63,276 nt of DNA, filler included, from Octopus bimaculoides (GCF_001194135.2; 9 parts of 9 records of this genome joined end to end with filler, not necessarily neighbours in it), one strand, 5' to 3'; positions 13,815-26,766 are shown, counted from the first letter of the whole stretch. Notes: generated by a model from the letters alone, not told the origin. Made by a program: numbers and translations.

Positions 13815-13935
13815 AAACAATATATTGATTACCAACCTCCAACCTATTGGTAATTTGGGGCCCTAGTCTGTGTATGAGTATAGCTTCCTCAATTCTTAAA
13901 TTACCTAAATTTCTTTCATTGGCCTCAATTTGGTG
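13815..13935 (-). mobile_element. Penelope-like GIY-YIG endonuclease C-terminal fragment
   Basis: Minus-strand peptide NLRIEEAILIHRLGPQITNRLE resembles the PLE L.I.EA..I...P.LN..E motif. Confidence 0.55.
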
Positions 13936-13989
13936 TGTGTGTGTGTGTATGTATGTATATATGTATGTATGTATGTATGCATGTATGTA

Positions 13990-14200
13990 TGTATGTATGT
14001 ATGTGTGTGTTTGTGTGTCTATGTTTGTACCCCCACCATCGCTTGACAACCGATGTCAGTGTGTTTACGTCTCCGTAACTTAGCGGTTCGGCCTAAGAGA
14101 CCGATAGAATAAGTACTAGGCTTACAAAGAATAAGTCTTGGGGTCGATTTGTTCGACTAAAGGCGGTGCTCCAGCATGGCCGTAGTCAAATGACTGAAAA
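13990..14200 (+). mobile_element. SINE family A, 3' half
   Basis: CGCTTGACAACCGATG...GAGACCGATAGAATAAGTACTAGGCTTACAAAG...GCTCCAGCATGGCC. Confidence 0.85.
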
Positions 14201-15394
14201 AGAGTACATACATACAATCGCACACGTATATAGAAATTCTAATACATTAATCTGTTATAGTCTTATTTGAAGTAATTTTACTTTATATGATAAGGAATTA
14301 ATGTGATCTCTGTCGGCTTCGACAACGAATATTGAGTCGTTCGTTTAACTTGATTACATGTTCACTGAATTAATTTGTGAGTGGGCAAAGATTCCACAGA
14401 CAAGTGTACCTTTAACGTAATCTTGAAGCAGAATTAGCATGACGTAGTGTGTAACAGAACTTTGAACTACAGAGGGAGCAGTTTGGTAATTCGCTTCTCA
14501 CTTACAAAGTCACAGATTCGATCCCACTGCGCAGCAGCTTCACCAAAAGTCATTTTCCATCACCTCGAGTTAACCTAGATGATATGAGGGAAACTAAGTA
14601 AAAGGAAACTGTATGGAAGTCTGTCAGATGGAATGTACATGTAATACATAGTATATACTGACACTTCGTCGGTTATAACAAATGTTCCAGTTGATCCAAT
14701 CAAAGGAACAGTCTGATTGTAGAATTAGCATACAAGTCTCTAAGCACTCCACAGACACGCAGGCATCGAACGCACAACTTTACGATTTTGAGCCGAAAAC
14801 AATAACCACTTATCCACCAAATCTTCCTGTCTATCACTCATTGTTTTCATAAAAGAACAGAAACTGGCACTGATATACTCCAAAGTACATTGTATTCGAA
14901 ATAAAAAAACGGTGTTGTCACGGCTGGGATTATTTTGTTCATAGGTCTGCTGCATGAAGACTATGCTGGGACTAAGCAAGGACATTAGCAGCAGCAATAA
15001 AAACAACAACAGTCGCAGTAGTAGATACACTATGGCAAAATTTGGGACGATCACAGCTGGATTAGTTTTGACCACAGATCTTTTGGAGTAGTTTTGATTA
15101 CAAAGATGCTGGATTACGTAGGATTAAACAACAATGTCAACCACTATCAACAACACACCATTACGTTATTAAGATAACAACACCACCCTTCTAACTACCT
15201 TCTATTAATAAACAATTTATAATAATTTTCGCGAAAATATTACGGTTCGTTATAACTAGGCACTAGGAAGGGAAAAGGAGAGGTTAATGTACTATTTTCA
15301 GAGCTTGATGCTTTATTTTTGCTATCTCAGTTTTGAAGAAATATATGCAACGCCTTATAATAGTCCGCTTTCGTTCTTTGCAATTTCTAATCAG

Positions 15395-15587
15395 TACCAA
15401 CCCAAACCATTGAGACACAAACCACTCCCTATAAAAGCCATACAAAATGGTCACGACCAATAATTGTGTATGATTCTGAGAGGAACTCACTCTATAACTG
15501 TCCATTGCTGTCATCTGAAGAATATGGCCCTTCACTGGTGTTTGAGTCGAGATTTGAGAGTGGGAATTTACGACAAGCTCGAAGAGT
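15395..15587 (+). CDS. AGBL2-like: CCP exon: (V)PTQTIETQ...EEYGPSLVFESRFESGNLRQARR(V)
   Basis: Contains the FESRFESGNL motif of the Nna1/CCP N-domain. Acceptor TTCTAATCAG| (AG 15393-94), donor |GTAAGT (15588). Phase 1 to 2. Not in the ORF track because it has no ATG. Confidence 0.93.
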
Positions 15588-15664
15588 GTAAGTAAAGTTT
15601 TTTTTTCCATCTATTCAATAACATTACACATTTGATATCTATTATTATCTTTTTTTTTTCCGTT

Positions 15665-15978
15665 GTGAAGGCACGTGGCTTAGTGGTTAGGGTATTCGGC
15701 TAACGTTTGTAAGGTCGTGAGTGCGATTCCTGGGGGCGCGTTATGTCCTTTAGCAAGACATTTTATTTCACGTTGCTTCAGTCCGCTCAACTAGTAATAC
15801 CTGTATTCCAAAGGGCCAGCCTTGTCACATTCTGTGTCATGCTGAATCTCCCCGAGACCTACGTTGAGGGCATGCGGATCTGTGGAGTGTGCAGCCACTT
15901 AGACGTTAATTTCACGAGAGGGCGGTTCCGTTGATCGGATCAACTAGAACCCTTGTCATAACCGACGGAGTGCCACTT
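15665..15978 (+). mobile_element. SINE family C, full length (tRNA-like head)
   Basis: A box TGGCTTAGTGG, B-box-like GTGCGATTCC, core CAAGACATTTTATTTCACGTTGCT, 3' CGTTAATTTCACGAG...CGACGGAGTGCC. Other copies at ~555-800(+), 8425-8538(-), 43285-43505(+), 48345-48600(-), 55960-56179(+). Confidence 0.88.
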
Positions 15979-16855
15979 TTATTTTCAACATTTACGTTGT
16001 TATTGATGTTAGTTTTCTGTGGTTGTCGAACTAGAATTGAACTTTCAAGATTGGGAAGAGCTAATTTAACGTGTCAGTTTACGGTAAAATTAGTGTTATG
16101 AAAATAAGTGATTCCAACAGGATATATGTAACGGAATATATGTAACGGTTATATGTGGTTGATTATTGACTTATCGTGTTTCGGCAGATACGTATAGATA
16201 GGTTAAGGTTACATTCTCAGGTATTACCGAGTGTGTAATGGTTATTGTTTGAAGACATCCACGGAACAAATGACAAAAGAAAATAGTTGAAGTGACTTTT
16301 ATTTTACCGTTACAATATAAAAGTAATTTCGAGTTGTACAAAGATTAGTTGAAGTTCTGTTGTTCATTTCTTAAGTAGCTGTGTTCACCAAGGTGACTGA
16401 TAGAAGACAGATGGAAGAGGAGAGAAATAGTAGACGAGAGAAATCGTAGGAGAATTTACCTCTTTGGGTTGACGAAAGATATATAATCCCTCGATGACAT
16501 GTCATGCATGAAGAGCAGAATTCTCTTCAGGCAAGGCGTAGAGGAAAGGAGAAGAATTAAATTTGGGTTCCATATTTATAATATTCCTACTTAAAATAGG
16601 TCAGGCTAAACAAAGGATTTTCCGCCTGTTATCTGTTAAACCTCAAGGTTCTCAGGAAACAATAAGACATATTTAAATATAACAGTTGAGTCCCATAAGT
16701 TTTTTTGTACAAATACTGAGAACAATAGAAATGAGTTTACAGAAAAATTTAGACTAGGTTTCAAATCCTATCTAAGGATCCAGGATGCGATTTGCTTCAC
16801 CCATCCATCCATCCATCCATCCATCCATCCGTCCGTCCGTCCATCCGTCCGTCTG

Positions 16856-16903
<48 letters not shown>

Positions 16904-17048
16904 ATCTATCTATGTGTGTGTGTGTGTACATGCGTGTGTACGCGCGCATCTGTTTGTGCGTGTGTGTGTGTGTGTGTGCGTGTGTGTGCGCGCGTGTGTG
17001 TGTGAGTGTGNNNNNNNNNNATGTGTATGTGTATGTGTGTGTGTGTGC

Positions 17049-17098
<50 letters not shown>

Positions 17099-17214
17099 TG
17101 CGTATTATATGTATTAGTACGTATATATGTTTTTATTCCACATTTTCGTCTTTGTCCACATTACTTTTTCATGTATTTTATCAGTGACTTTTATCCCATT
17201 TTCTCTGTTAACAG

Positions 17215-17369
17215 GGGTCAGTTCGAATATGAACTTGTTTTGAAGTCAGATCTTTACACTAATCGTCACACACAATGGTATTTCTTTCGTATTGAGAATA
17301 CGGTGCCAGGAATAGCTTACAAGTTCCGGATTGTAAATTTACTGAAAAAGGACAGTCTTTACAACTACG
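17215..17369 (+). CDS. AGBL2-like: CCP exon: GQFEYELVLKSDLYTNRHTQWYFFRIENTVPGIAYKFRIVNLLKKDSLYNY(G)
   Basis: Matches the CCP2/3 pattern EYEL..DLYT..HTQW.YF...NL.K..SLY. Acceptor TCTGTTAACAG|, donor |GTTAAT. Phase 2 to 1, consistent with both neighbours. Confidence 0.96.
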
Positions 17370-18183
17370 GTTAATATACTTTTTTTATTTGTAAATATTT
17401 TGGATATGCCTGTTTTTTTAAAAATTTTATTTGATCGTAACATGTAGTTATATTTGTTTAGTCTTGATGAAATGGCAGATCAGTTAATGAAGTGGTCCCA
17501 ATCGTAACCATGCTGCTTTTGACCAGCATCTATGACTCAACAGATGAGATATCATAGAAGAATATTTTTGATCGAAACGATATAGAGCAGCGTTTCTGAT
17601 CGATCAGATGTGTATGTGTATCATGGGGCAGTATTTTTAATCCACTTGTATATGTTTCTAGTACTTTGTGTTTTTCTTGTATTTTTCCTGTATTAGTCTT
17701 GGTCTAATATACTGTAGTGGTACTAGTGGTTGTAGTGTAGTGGTATGTGATGTCCAAGGTATTTTCTCAGAACTTTTCACGATGTTTCCAGCAGAAGTTT
17801 TGCCTCAGTGATTTTACAGTATGTCTTTCTTGTTTTTAAAATATTGACTCTAGTTTTTAAAACAACCCTTTCTTTTAAATATTAGATAAAAAGAAAAGGT
17901 CAAGAGCCTCATTGGCTAGAAATGAGTCACCTATCGCTAACCAAACGATAGCATCTACATTATAAAAGGGCTATCATGTCTGCTTCTCAAATTAAGCACC
18001 CATACAACTACTTTATTTTTCTCTGGTATTGTAACTCTTCTAGTCTCATCGTTAACACTGTCACATAGTAAGCAATAGATATCTATTTGAATTCACACTA
18101 CTGAACCTCTCTCAAAGTCGTCTTGTTAATGTCTAATATCATTTAAAAGCCTATCAAACACTGTATTACATTTTATTTCAAAG

Positions 18184-18262
18184 GGATGCGGCCTTTGATC
18201 TATTCTGAAGAGGAATTCAAGAGGAATGCTGTAGGCTGGAAGAGAACAGGACACCACATTTT
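18184..18262 (+). CDS. AGBL2-like: CCP exon: (G)MRPLIYSEEEFKRNAVGWKRTGHHI(L)
   Basis: GM.PL.YS......GW.R.G motif of CCPs. Acceptor TTTTATTTCAAAG|, donor |GTAAAT. 79 nt, phase 1 to 2. Confidence 0.93.
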
Positions 18263-18964
18263 GTAAATATCCTTACTCTCCACCAAATTACTGTTATTTG
18301 ATTAAGTGTTTTAAAAATATTATTTCATTCCGTAAACTGGATCACCAACACAGCATGAAAGAGATTAAAAAACTATGGTTATGGTTATATATTTAACGAA
18401 CAGTTTCAACTGCGCTATGAAAAATAGTCCCGTGGTTATTTCAATTCTGTTGAGTGTTATGAAGTGTAGAAAGTAAAAGTTAAAGGCCTCGCTCGCTAGT
18501 TGATGAATATATTTGATAATGAGATGTATATTACTTGACTTTGTTGCTATAGTTGTTGACTAACCCAGGCAAGTGCTGATCGAGCAGATTTCCTGATCAA
18601 AACTATTCCAGCCGTGATAATTGCGTCCTTTTACTGGTATCAAGCCCTAAACTATCTAATGTGTCCTTTCATCTCAAGACAGTGAAGTTCATATTTCAAG
18701 GGTATTTTGGCTGCTACTTTTTGAAGATCGAATCACAACATAGTAGCTTCCAGATGACTAGAACCACCAGATCTGTGTAAAATAAATACAAATGTTGGTT
18801 TCCAATGATCAGGCATAAACTCTAATAAATATCTTAATACTAATAACGTCTGATGATATTCATTCACAATAAGGTTGAGTTGTTCCAGTTTGGCAAAGTA
18901 TGACAATAGACTGAATCTAATAAATAACGGTAGAACCCGTCATGACTATGAGTTGTGTAATAGC

Positions 18965-19049
<85 letters not shown>

Positions 19050-19395
19050 CCTATCTATCTTTCTGTCTGTCTGCCTGTCTGCCTGTCTGCCTGCCTGCCT
19101 GCCTGCCTACCTGTCTGTCTGTCTACATACATACATCTCTCCATGACCACGAAAGGTGTAATGGGTTACGCACACAGACATAGACATCACATCACTGCTA
19201 TACTCATCTGACAAATTGATCACGTATCGGTGACACATCAGAATACTCTAGAGCAACAGCCTAACAGATAGACAGGCAGATAAGCATACATACAGACACA
19301 CAAACACACACGCATATAAATATATAGATAAATGTTTAAATAAATAGCTTGCTCGATTATATTCTCTGCTGAAGTTTCCTTCTCTTCTACTGTAG

Positions 19396-19474
19396 GTATA
19401 GCCGGAACATAACCAACTTACAGTGTCCACTACTAACTAGAGGAATGCCATACTATATGCTGGAGTGGCAAATG
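19396..19474 (+). CDS. AGBL2-like: CCP exon: YSRNITNLQCPLLTRGMPYYMLEWQM
   Basis: Strong acceptor TCTCTTCTACTGTAG| and donor |GTAATG. 79 nt, phase 2 to 0, which is exactly the bridge needed between 18262 and 21781. YY.L.W lies at the CCP Y.LTW position. Confidence 0.88.
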
Positions 19475-19509
19475 GTAATGCTGTCTTAAGAACAGTCTAA
19501 ATCTTATTT

Positions 19510-20440
19510 CCAAGTTCTGTAATATATATATTTGAAATTTATAGGAAAGCAAAAGACGGAGCCAGGTGTATGAACAACAAGCAAGTGTATTAGTTTGACG
19601 TTTGGGAAAATGAAAAGTATTTTACGTTTCGACCCTACGCTCTTCAACAGAAAGAAATAAGAGAAAATAAATAGGGAGAAAATAAAAAAAAAAACTTGTA
19701 GATTTCAGCGGTCCAGCATGGCGGAATTGTTAGAAAAAAAGGAGGTTGAAAGAAAGGGAGATAATAAAAAAAAAGAGTTTGAATGAAAAGAAGATAATAA
19801 AGTGCTAGTGATCCCAAGAGAAGGTGCGCGTGCCTGTGTGTCTTTGTGAGAATGGTGTATGTGAATGTGTAAGTGTGTGTGTGAAGAGGTGATTAGGAGC
19901 AGTGGTTCTAACGTGTGTATGCGCGTGTGTAACGTGTGCGTGTGCGTGTTGTGTGTAGCAGTTGATGTGTGCTTTTTCATGTGGTGTGTGCACATGTGTG
20001 TGTGTGACCAAACAGTGTGGATGTGTATGGTATATATATGTGGGCGAATGTTTTCTTTGTCTATGTTGTTGCGTGTTGCGTGTGTATGTATATATTGTCT
20101 GTGTCAGGTGTTTTGTGTTTGTGTGGGTGTGGGAGTGTGCATGGTGGTGTGTGGTGTGTGTACTGTGTGGATGTTTATATAATGGTATGTGTGGTGACGC
20201 TATTGAAGGTTGTGTGTGGGTGTGTGGATGATTGTGTGTGGTGTGGAGAGGTAGGGGCAGGTGCGACAGCGTGGGGGAGCAGGGGAACGAGCCAGGTTGG
20301 GAGGTGAGGTTAGGGAAAAACTGTGAACCAGGAGGTCACGCAGGTTATGGGTTCGTTTGAAAGAGGGAATGAACTTAAATGAACAACATGCATAATGCTG
20401 AGTTTCTTCAATTTGCAGATCTGTTTTAATGTTTTCCACG
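19510..20440 (-). mobile_element. Penelope-like element remnant (RT-EN linker, CA-rich low-complexity region, pLTR-like end)
   Basis: Minus-strand FKRTHNLRDLLVHS...PRCRTCPYL matches the PLE RR..NL.D.LV / C..C linker. The terminal repeat is shared with 8650-8870. Confidence 0.7.
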
Positions 20441-21611
20441 TTACCCAGCTGCAGTACTGAGCCTATATGCTTTATGGCATTCTTCTTTATAATGTTTACT
20501 ACGTTGTAGAAAATGAAAATATGTTATATTTCAGTACAGAGCGATAGGACTGGCATAACTTGTCCTAAATCTTGTTTGACCAGATTGGAGCGTCTGCGTT
20601 TCACGTCTGGTGAAATGGTACATTTTACAATTCAGGTGGTACATCTACAGTCAAGATCCTTTGTGTGTAATGTCTTGCTGTGGCTTATGATGTGTAGATA
20701 TGCGTCGAGTTTCCAATGATCAGGCATAAACTCTAATAAATATCTTAATACTAATAACGTCCGATGATATTCATTCACAATAAGGTTGAGTTGTTCCAGT
20801 TTGGCAAAGTCTATCTGTTTGGCTGTTGCTCTCGAGTATTCTGATGTGTCACCGATACGTGACCAATTTGTCAGATGAGTTTAGCAGTGATGTGATGTGT
20901 GTATCTGTGTGCGTAACCCATTACACCTTTCATGGTCATGGAGAGATATATGTATGTGTATGTAGACAGACAGACATATCTGCAGAAACTACTGAGTAAT
21001 GAGCAAGTATGATCGCCGCTTATCTGTAATGTTTCCAAAATTCCTCTCTTTAATCATCCAACAGATTCTGGGATCAGATGGATTACAGACAAAGAAATGC
21101 CATAAACAGGCTCTTTCAGAAAAAGATGCAGAATGACGAAACCGTTCTGCATACACACTTTCAATGCTCGAACATTACGTTACTGCATTTTGATCAAGTC
21201 TATCTTGATGATCGCCTTAACGCAGAGCAAGAATAGGATTGAAGACAATCACTTTGCCTCTTCGGGCAAACACACATCAACTTGGGGAAAGGAAGGTGAA
21301 AGTGAAGAGGAAGTCTCCCCTCCAGCGAATTTAGTGAGACGTGGGGGAGAGTAGTTGAGTATGATCTGTGTAAATGCATCACAGGTCGGAGAATGACACT
21401 GGGAGAGGGTACATGCTTTTAGTAGGGTGTTGGTATTCCTAAATCTGTGAGTTTCCATATTAGACCTTACGTAGAAACACTTCTCCAGAGATCTTCTCAT
21501 ACATGTGTATACTGCTACCATTTTCGTTTCATTCGATTTCTATGTAACCTTTTGGTGTAACTTGTTCCTGTAATATTTCCTTATCTATCACCTTTGTAGT
21601 AATAATAAAAG

Positions 21612-21764
<153 letters not shown>

Positions 21765-21780
21765 TAATTTATACATCTAG

Positions 21781-21964
21781 GAATTCCCATACACCAACAG
21801 CCAATATTACTTGGCTCACTGCTATCCGTACACCTTCACTGACCTTAAAGATGACCTGGATGATCTCATAACACAACCGTCCACAAGTCCCTGGATAAAA
21901 CGTGAAGTTTTGTGTGAGACAAGAGCTGGAAATTCCTGTTTCCTACTGACTATAACTGACTTTG
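21781..21964 (+). CDS. AGBL2-like: CCP exon: EFPYTNSQYYLAHCYPYTFTDLKDDLDDLITQPSTSPWIKREVLCETRAGNSCFLLTITDF
   Basis: AHCYPYT..DL and LC.T.AGN...LLTIT motifs of M14D carboxypeptidases. Acceptor CATCTAG|, donor |GTAAGT. Phase 0 to 1. Confidence 0.96.
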
Positions 21965-22196
21965 GTAAGTGTATATATGTATTTTGTGTATGTGTGTGTG
22001 TGTATTATATATATATATTCTTTTACTTGTTTCAGTCATTTGACTGCGGCCATGCTGGAGCACCGCCTTTAGTCGAAAAAATCGACCCCAGAACTTATTC
22101 TTTCTAACCCTAGTACTTATTTTATTGTTATCTTTTGCCGAACCTTTAAGTTACGGGGACGTAAGCATATCAACATGAGACAAACACAGCACATAA

Positions 22197-22245
<49 letters not shown>

Positions 22246-22671
22246 GGATCTTGTTAAACTGATCCACGAAATGAGACCCTTTTAATTTTGTTCATATTGC
22301 TTTCAATTTTGGTGTATCGATGCAACTCTGAATGTTGATTACAATCAACCAATTACTTTATCTCGTAAATTAAAGAATCTGATGTTATTTGGAATTAAAG
22401 TCGGGAAAATTTGGGTAATTTTAGCCAATTAACAGACAGCGGGGCATTAACAGCTTGTTACTATGACAACCGCACGTTGTGTTGCGTTTCACTTCACCTG
22501 CACGTTGTATTGTGTTGATTCTTCAAACCACGAGATTTATTTCACCGGCGTGTTTTGCGTTAATAAAAATTTATGGTTATCAATTAGAATTTTATTGTAG
22601 ATATTTTTCGTGAATTGTCTTGATATTTTACATATTTTTCATATATTTTTATTCTTTTTTCATTCTTTTAT

Positions 22672-22914
22672 TCTTTTACTTGTTTCAGTCATTCGACTGC
22701 GGCTGTGCTGGAACACCGCCTTTAGTCGAGTAAATCGACCTAGAACTTATTTTTCGTAAGCCTAGTACTAATTCCATCGGTCTCTTGGGCCGAACTGTTA
22801 AGTTACAGGGACGTAAACACACCAGCATCGGTTGTCAAGTGATGTTAGTGGGTGAGTGGGACAAACGCAGACACACAAACATATACACACGCACACATAC
22901 ACACATAGATATAT

Positions 22915-22976
<62 letters not shown>

Positions 22977-23123
22977 GACAGGCTTCTTTCAGTTTCTGTC
23001 TACCAAATCCACTCACAAGGCTTTGGTCGGCTTGAGGCTATAGTAGAAGATACTTGCCCAAGGTGTCACACAGTGGGACTGAACCACCTGGAACCATGTG
23101 GCTGGTAAGCAAGCTATTTACCA
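22672..23123 (-). mobile_element. SINE family A (another 3' fragment at ~22018-22170)
   Basis: Colinear with 6505-6908. The head is cut by a gap. Confidence 0.85.
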
Positions 23124-23223
23124 NNNNNNNNNNNNNNNNNNNNNNNNNNNNNNNNNNNNNNNNNNNNTTAATTAATTAANNNNNNNNNNNNNNNNNNNNN
23201 NNNNNNNNNNNNNNNNNNNNNNN

Positions 23224-23276
<53 letters not shown>

Positions 23277-23974
23277 ATTTACATATATGTATATATGTTT
23301 ATGTATATATGAATATATACATAATACGTATATATATGTATGTATATGCATATATATATGTGTGTGTGTACATATAGATAAATATATGAATACATCCATC
23401 CATACATACATTTATGTATATAAATATATATATATTTGTATATATATATATATATATATATATAAATGTATATGTGTATAAATATATATATGTATGCATA
23501 AATATAGGTATGTGTGTGTTTTCGAATAGTATCTTAAAATATAAAATGAAAATAAGCATTGTATATTATATAGGAATAAAGGAAATTGACGATACAGCAG
23601 CATCAAACAATCAATCAAAAGGTCCAATGTTCGTTTCCTATCGACGGCGTGGTCATGTAAATAAACTTACAAGGATAAACAAAGTTATACATCATTGTAA
23701 CATCGATTTCCCTGAAACTTCAATTCCAAATTTCCTAAGCCTTTCCGGATTAAGGATTTTTCCGAAAAAGGGGTGATTACCTCGATCAGTACACCCTAAC
23801 TGGAACAAATATTAAACTTATATTAATAATTAAACGAAATACTAGTACATATACATTAGTGTATATTATTTCGGATAGTAAGGTGTTCCGGATAACCAGA
23901 ATCCAGAAAAGCGGTCTTGTATATGTATCTATAAGACAGTTAACATACGTGACTTACGATTTACAAGTATCTTT

Positions 23975-24335
23975 CATCTTTTACTTGTTTCAATCATTGG
24001 ACTGCGGCCAAGCTGGGGCATTGTTTTATAGGATTTAGTCGGACAAATCGACCCCAGTACTTATTTTTATTTAAAGTCTGGTACTGTATTGCCAGTCTCT
24101 TTTATCGAATCGCTAAGTTATGCGGACGTAAACGAACCCCCCACACACAAACAGACAAACATACGTGTGTTTGTATATATGAGTGTATGTTTGCATGTTT
24201 GCATGCATGTATGTATGTATACGATCGGCTTCCATACAGTTTCCGTTTACCAAGGCATCGGTTGGTCCGGAACTGTAGTAGAATGCTCCATACTGAGATT
24301 GAATCAGAAATCACGTTGAAGTAAAGCTAGCTTCT
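23975..24335 (-). mobile_element. SINE family A, diverged
   Basis: Colinear degenerate match to family A. Boundaries approximate. Confidence 0.7.
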
Positions 24336-24827
24336 TAACCACCAAGCATAAATGAAAACCAAAAAGACTTAAAACCATCGTATGATTGCTAGTTCTCCAC
24401 AGCTTGTGGTCCTGAGATTAAAAAAAACATCCTTTGCAGACAGGCTTATAAAGAGCAATGCTATTAGTACTGAAAACAGGAAGATAATTTCTTGAAATAA
24501 GATGCTATGATCATCAGACATTAGTCTTCCTGGGACTCATGAGTGTCCTGGGACTCATACAACTGGTTATTCGGTTTCTGTGGCGTTTAAATGACCAGAT
24601 CATAACAACCCACCTGAATGGAACCCAACTCCGTTGCAGGGTGACACATTTAGAGCTGAGTGAACTGGGTTAATATGAAATAAGTTGTTTTGCTCAAGAA
24701 CGAAGGGAATTGCTTGGCTTGGGAATCGAAACCACGATCAAGAGTGCAACAACCTAAACACTAGGCTACACACCTCTGAAGTGATGTAAATTCTTTGCTC
24801 GATGTCATTTCATTTAATTTACGGAAC

Positions 24828-25270
24828 CAAGGCGGAGAGCTGGTTGAATTGTCAGGACATCAGACCAAATACCTAACAGTGTTTCGTCTGCCGTTACTTT
24901 CTGGGTTCAAATTCCGCCGTATGGCTTTCATACTTTCAGGGGTCGCTAAAGTAAGTACTAATTGAGCACTGGGGCTGATGTAATCGATTAGCCCACTTCC
25001 CCAAATTTCAGGTCTTATGCTTATAAAAAAAAGAGAATGTTATTTACGTGAGGAAAGCTGCGAGCTGGGAGAAATATATCATCTCGTTGGACAAAATGCT
25101 TCACGGCGTTTTGCTTCTCTTAATGTTCGGAGTTCAAAAGTCACCGAGATCGACTTTAGCTTTCACCCTTTCGAGGTAGATGAAATAAGTACCAGTTACG
25201 CACTGGGGTCGATGTAATCGACTATCTCCCTCCCCCAAATTACATCCCTTGTGCTTCTAGTAGAAGGATT
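24828..25270 (+). mobile_element. Two tandem SINE family B copies
   Basis: Copies at ~24828-25030 and ~25055-25270, same orientation. Confidence 0.8.
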
Positions 25271-25285
25271 TTATTTACATCACTG

Positions 25286-25354
<69 letters not shown>

Positions 25355-25724
25355 TGTGCGTGTGGTGGGGAATAGGTGTATGTCAGAAATCTCGCTGCTC
25401 CTAAAACAATGAAACTTTGGACTTGGTCTAAAATAAAAACTAAGTGAAAAAATCGATGGAATCTTTTATGTTTCAACTCCCGAGCTGCCACCATGATGGG
25501 GCACGGCCATTCAAAGTAATTGAACTTGATAGGGTTCGAACTTATATTATAGGCTGTTGGAACACATGACGCGAAACAGTCGTTCGGACACTCATACTAC
25601 GCGGTCAATTGACAGCCTCATTAGTAATAACAAGAAAAACCCTAATAGATAAATGTTTATGTAATTAGTGTACTGAGCCGGTAGGAGATAATAAATATCT
25701 GCTAGGCGATGCACTCTTTTACTC

Positions 25725-25938
25725 TATTACTCTTTTATTTGGTTGTCATTTTACTGCGACCATGCTGGAGCACCGACTTTGGTTGAAGAAATTGACCCCA
25801 GGAATTATTCTTTGTAAACCTAGTACTTAATCTATCGGTCTCTTTTGCCGAACCGCTAAGTTACAGGGACGTAAACACACCAGTACCAGTTGTCAAGCGA
25901 TGTTGGGTGGGGGGTGACAAACACAGACACACAAACAT

Positions 25939-25969
<31 letters not shown>

Positions 25970-26090
25970 CACACACACACTTATACACGACGAGCTTCTT
26001 TCAGTTTGCGTCTATAGCCTGAGGCTATAGCAGAAGACTCTCGCCCACGATGCCACGTAGTGGGACTGAACCCGGAACCATGTGGTTGAA
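25725..26090 (-). mobile_element. SINE family A with internal deletion
   Basis: Colinear with 6505-6908 except for a lost ~30-nt segment at 26012-26030. Confidence 0.85.
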
Positions 26091-26186
26091 ATGAAGAACG
26101 AATATATAGTCCATGCGTGTGTTCAGCTGGCGAAAAAATGATCGTTCCGAAATACAGCAATGCACACACACACATACACAAATATA

Positions 26187-26222
26187 TACCCGAGGGGGTA
26201 ATGAAAAGTTCTTTGCTTTAGG
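26187..26222. mobile_element. mariner-like terminal inverted repeat running into a gap
   Basis: TACCCGAGGGGGTAATGAAAAGTTC resembles mariner termini (TACGAGGG...AAAAGT). Followed by a ~545-N gap. Confidence 0.45.
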
Positions 26223-26766
26223 NNNNNNNNNNNNNNNNNNNNNNNNNNNNNNNNNNNNNNNNNNNNNNNNNNNNNNNNNNNNNNNNNNNNNNNNNNNNNN
26301 NNNNNNNNNNNNNNNNNNNNNNNNNNNNNNNNNNNNNNNNNNNNNNNNNNNNNNNNNNNNNNNNNNNNNNNNNNNNNNNNNNNNNNNNNNNNNNNNNNNN
26401 NNNNNNNNNNNNNNNNNNNNNNNNNNNNNNNNNNNNNNNNNNNNNNNNNNNNNNNNNNNNNNNNNNNNNNNNNNNNNNNNNNNNNNNNNNNNNNNNNNNN
26501 NNNNNNNNNNNNNNNNNNNNNNNNNNNNNNNNNNNNNNNNNNNNNNNNNNNNNNNNNNNNNNNNNNNNNNNNNNNNNNNNNNNNNNNNNNNNNNNNNNNN
26601 NNNNNNNNNNNNNNNNNNNNNNNNNNNNNNNNNNNNNNNNNNNNNNNNNNNNNNNNNNNNNNNNNNNNNNNNNNNNNNNNNNNNNNNNNNNNNNNNNNNN
26701 NNNNNNNNNNNNNNNNNNNNNNNNNNNNNNNNNNNNNNNNNNNNNNNNNNNNNNNNNNNNNNNNNN

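Noticed and set aside
19621-19654. Hammerhead-like core on the minus strand in the Penelope-like terminal repeat (UUGAAGAG...CGAAACGUA)
   Set aside because: PLE repeats are known to carry minimal hammerheads, but here C3 is U and I cannot form stem I, and the 8750 copy lacks GAAA. It could be retested on a family consensus with a covariance model.
22457-22470. Match to the RFX X-box pattern (GTTACTATGACAAC) in a gene family linked to cilia
   Set aside because: It is intronic and inside a probable transposon-derived segment. A rough estimate gives on the order of one chance match per window of this size.
23574-23621. Alternative phase-1/1 exon candidate (G)IKEIDDTAASNNQSK(G)
   Set aside because: The donor is weak (GTCCAA), the linker is longer than expected, and it sits in what looks like transposon-derived sequence. 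61389-61421 fits better, but this is not excluded.
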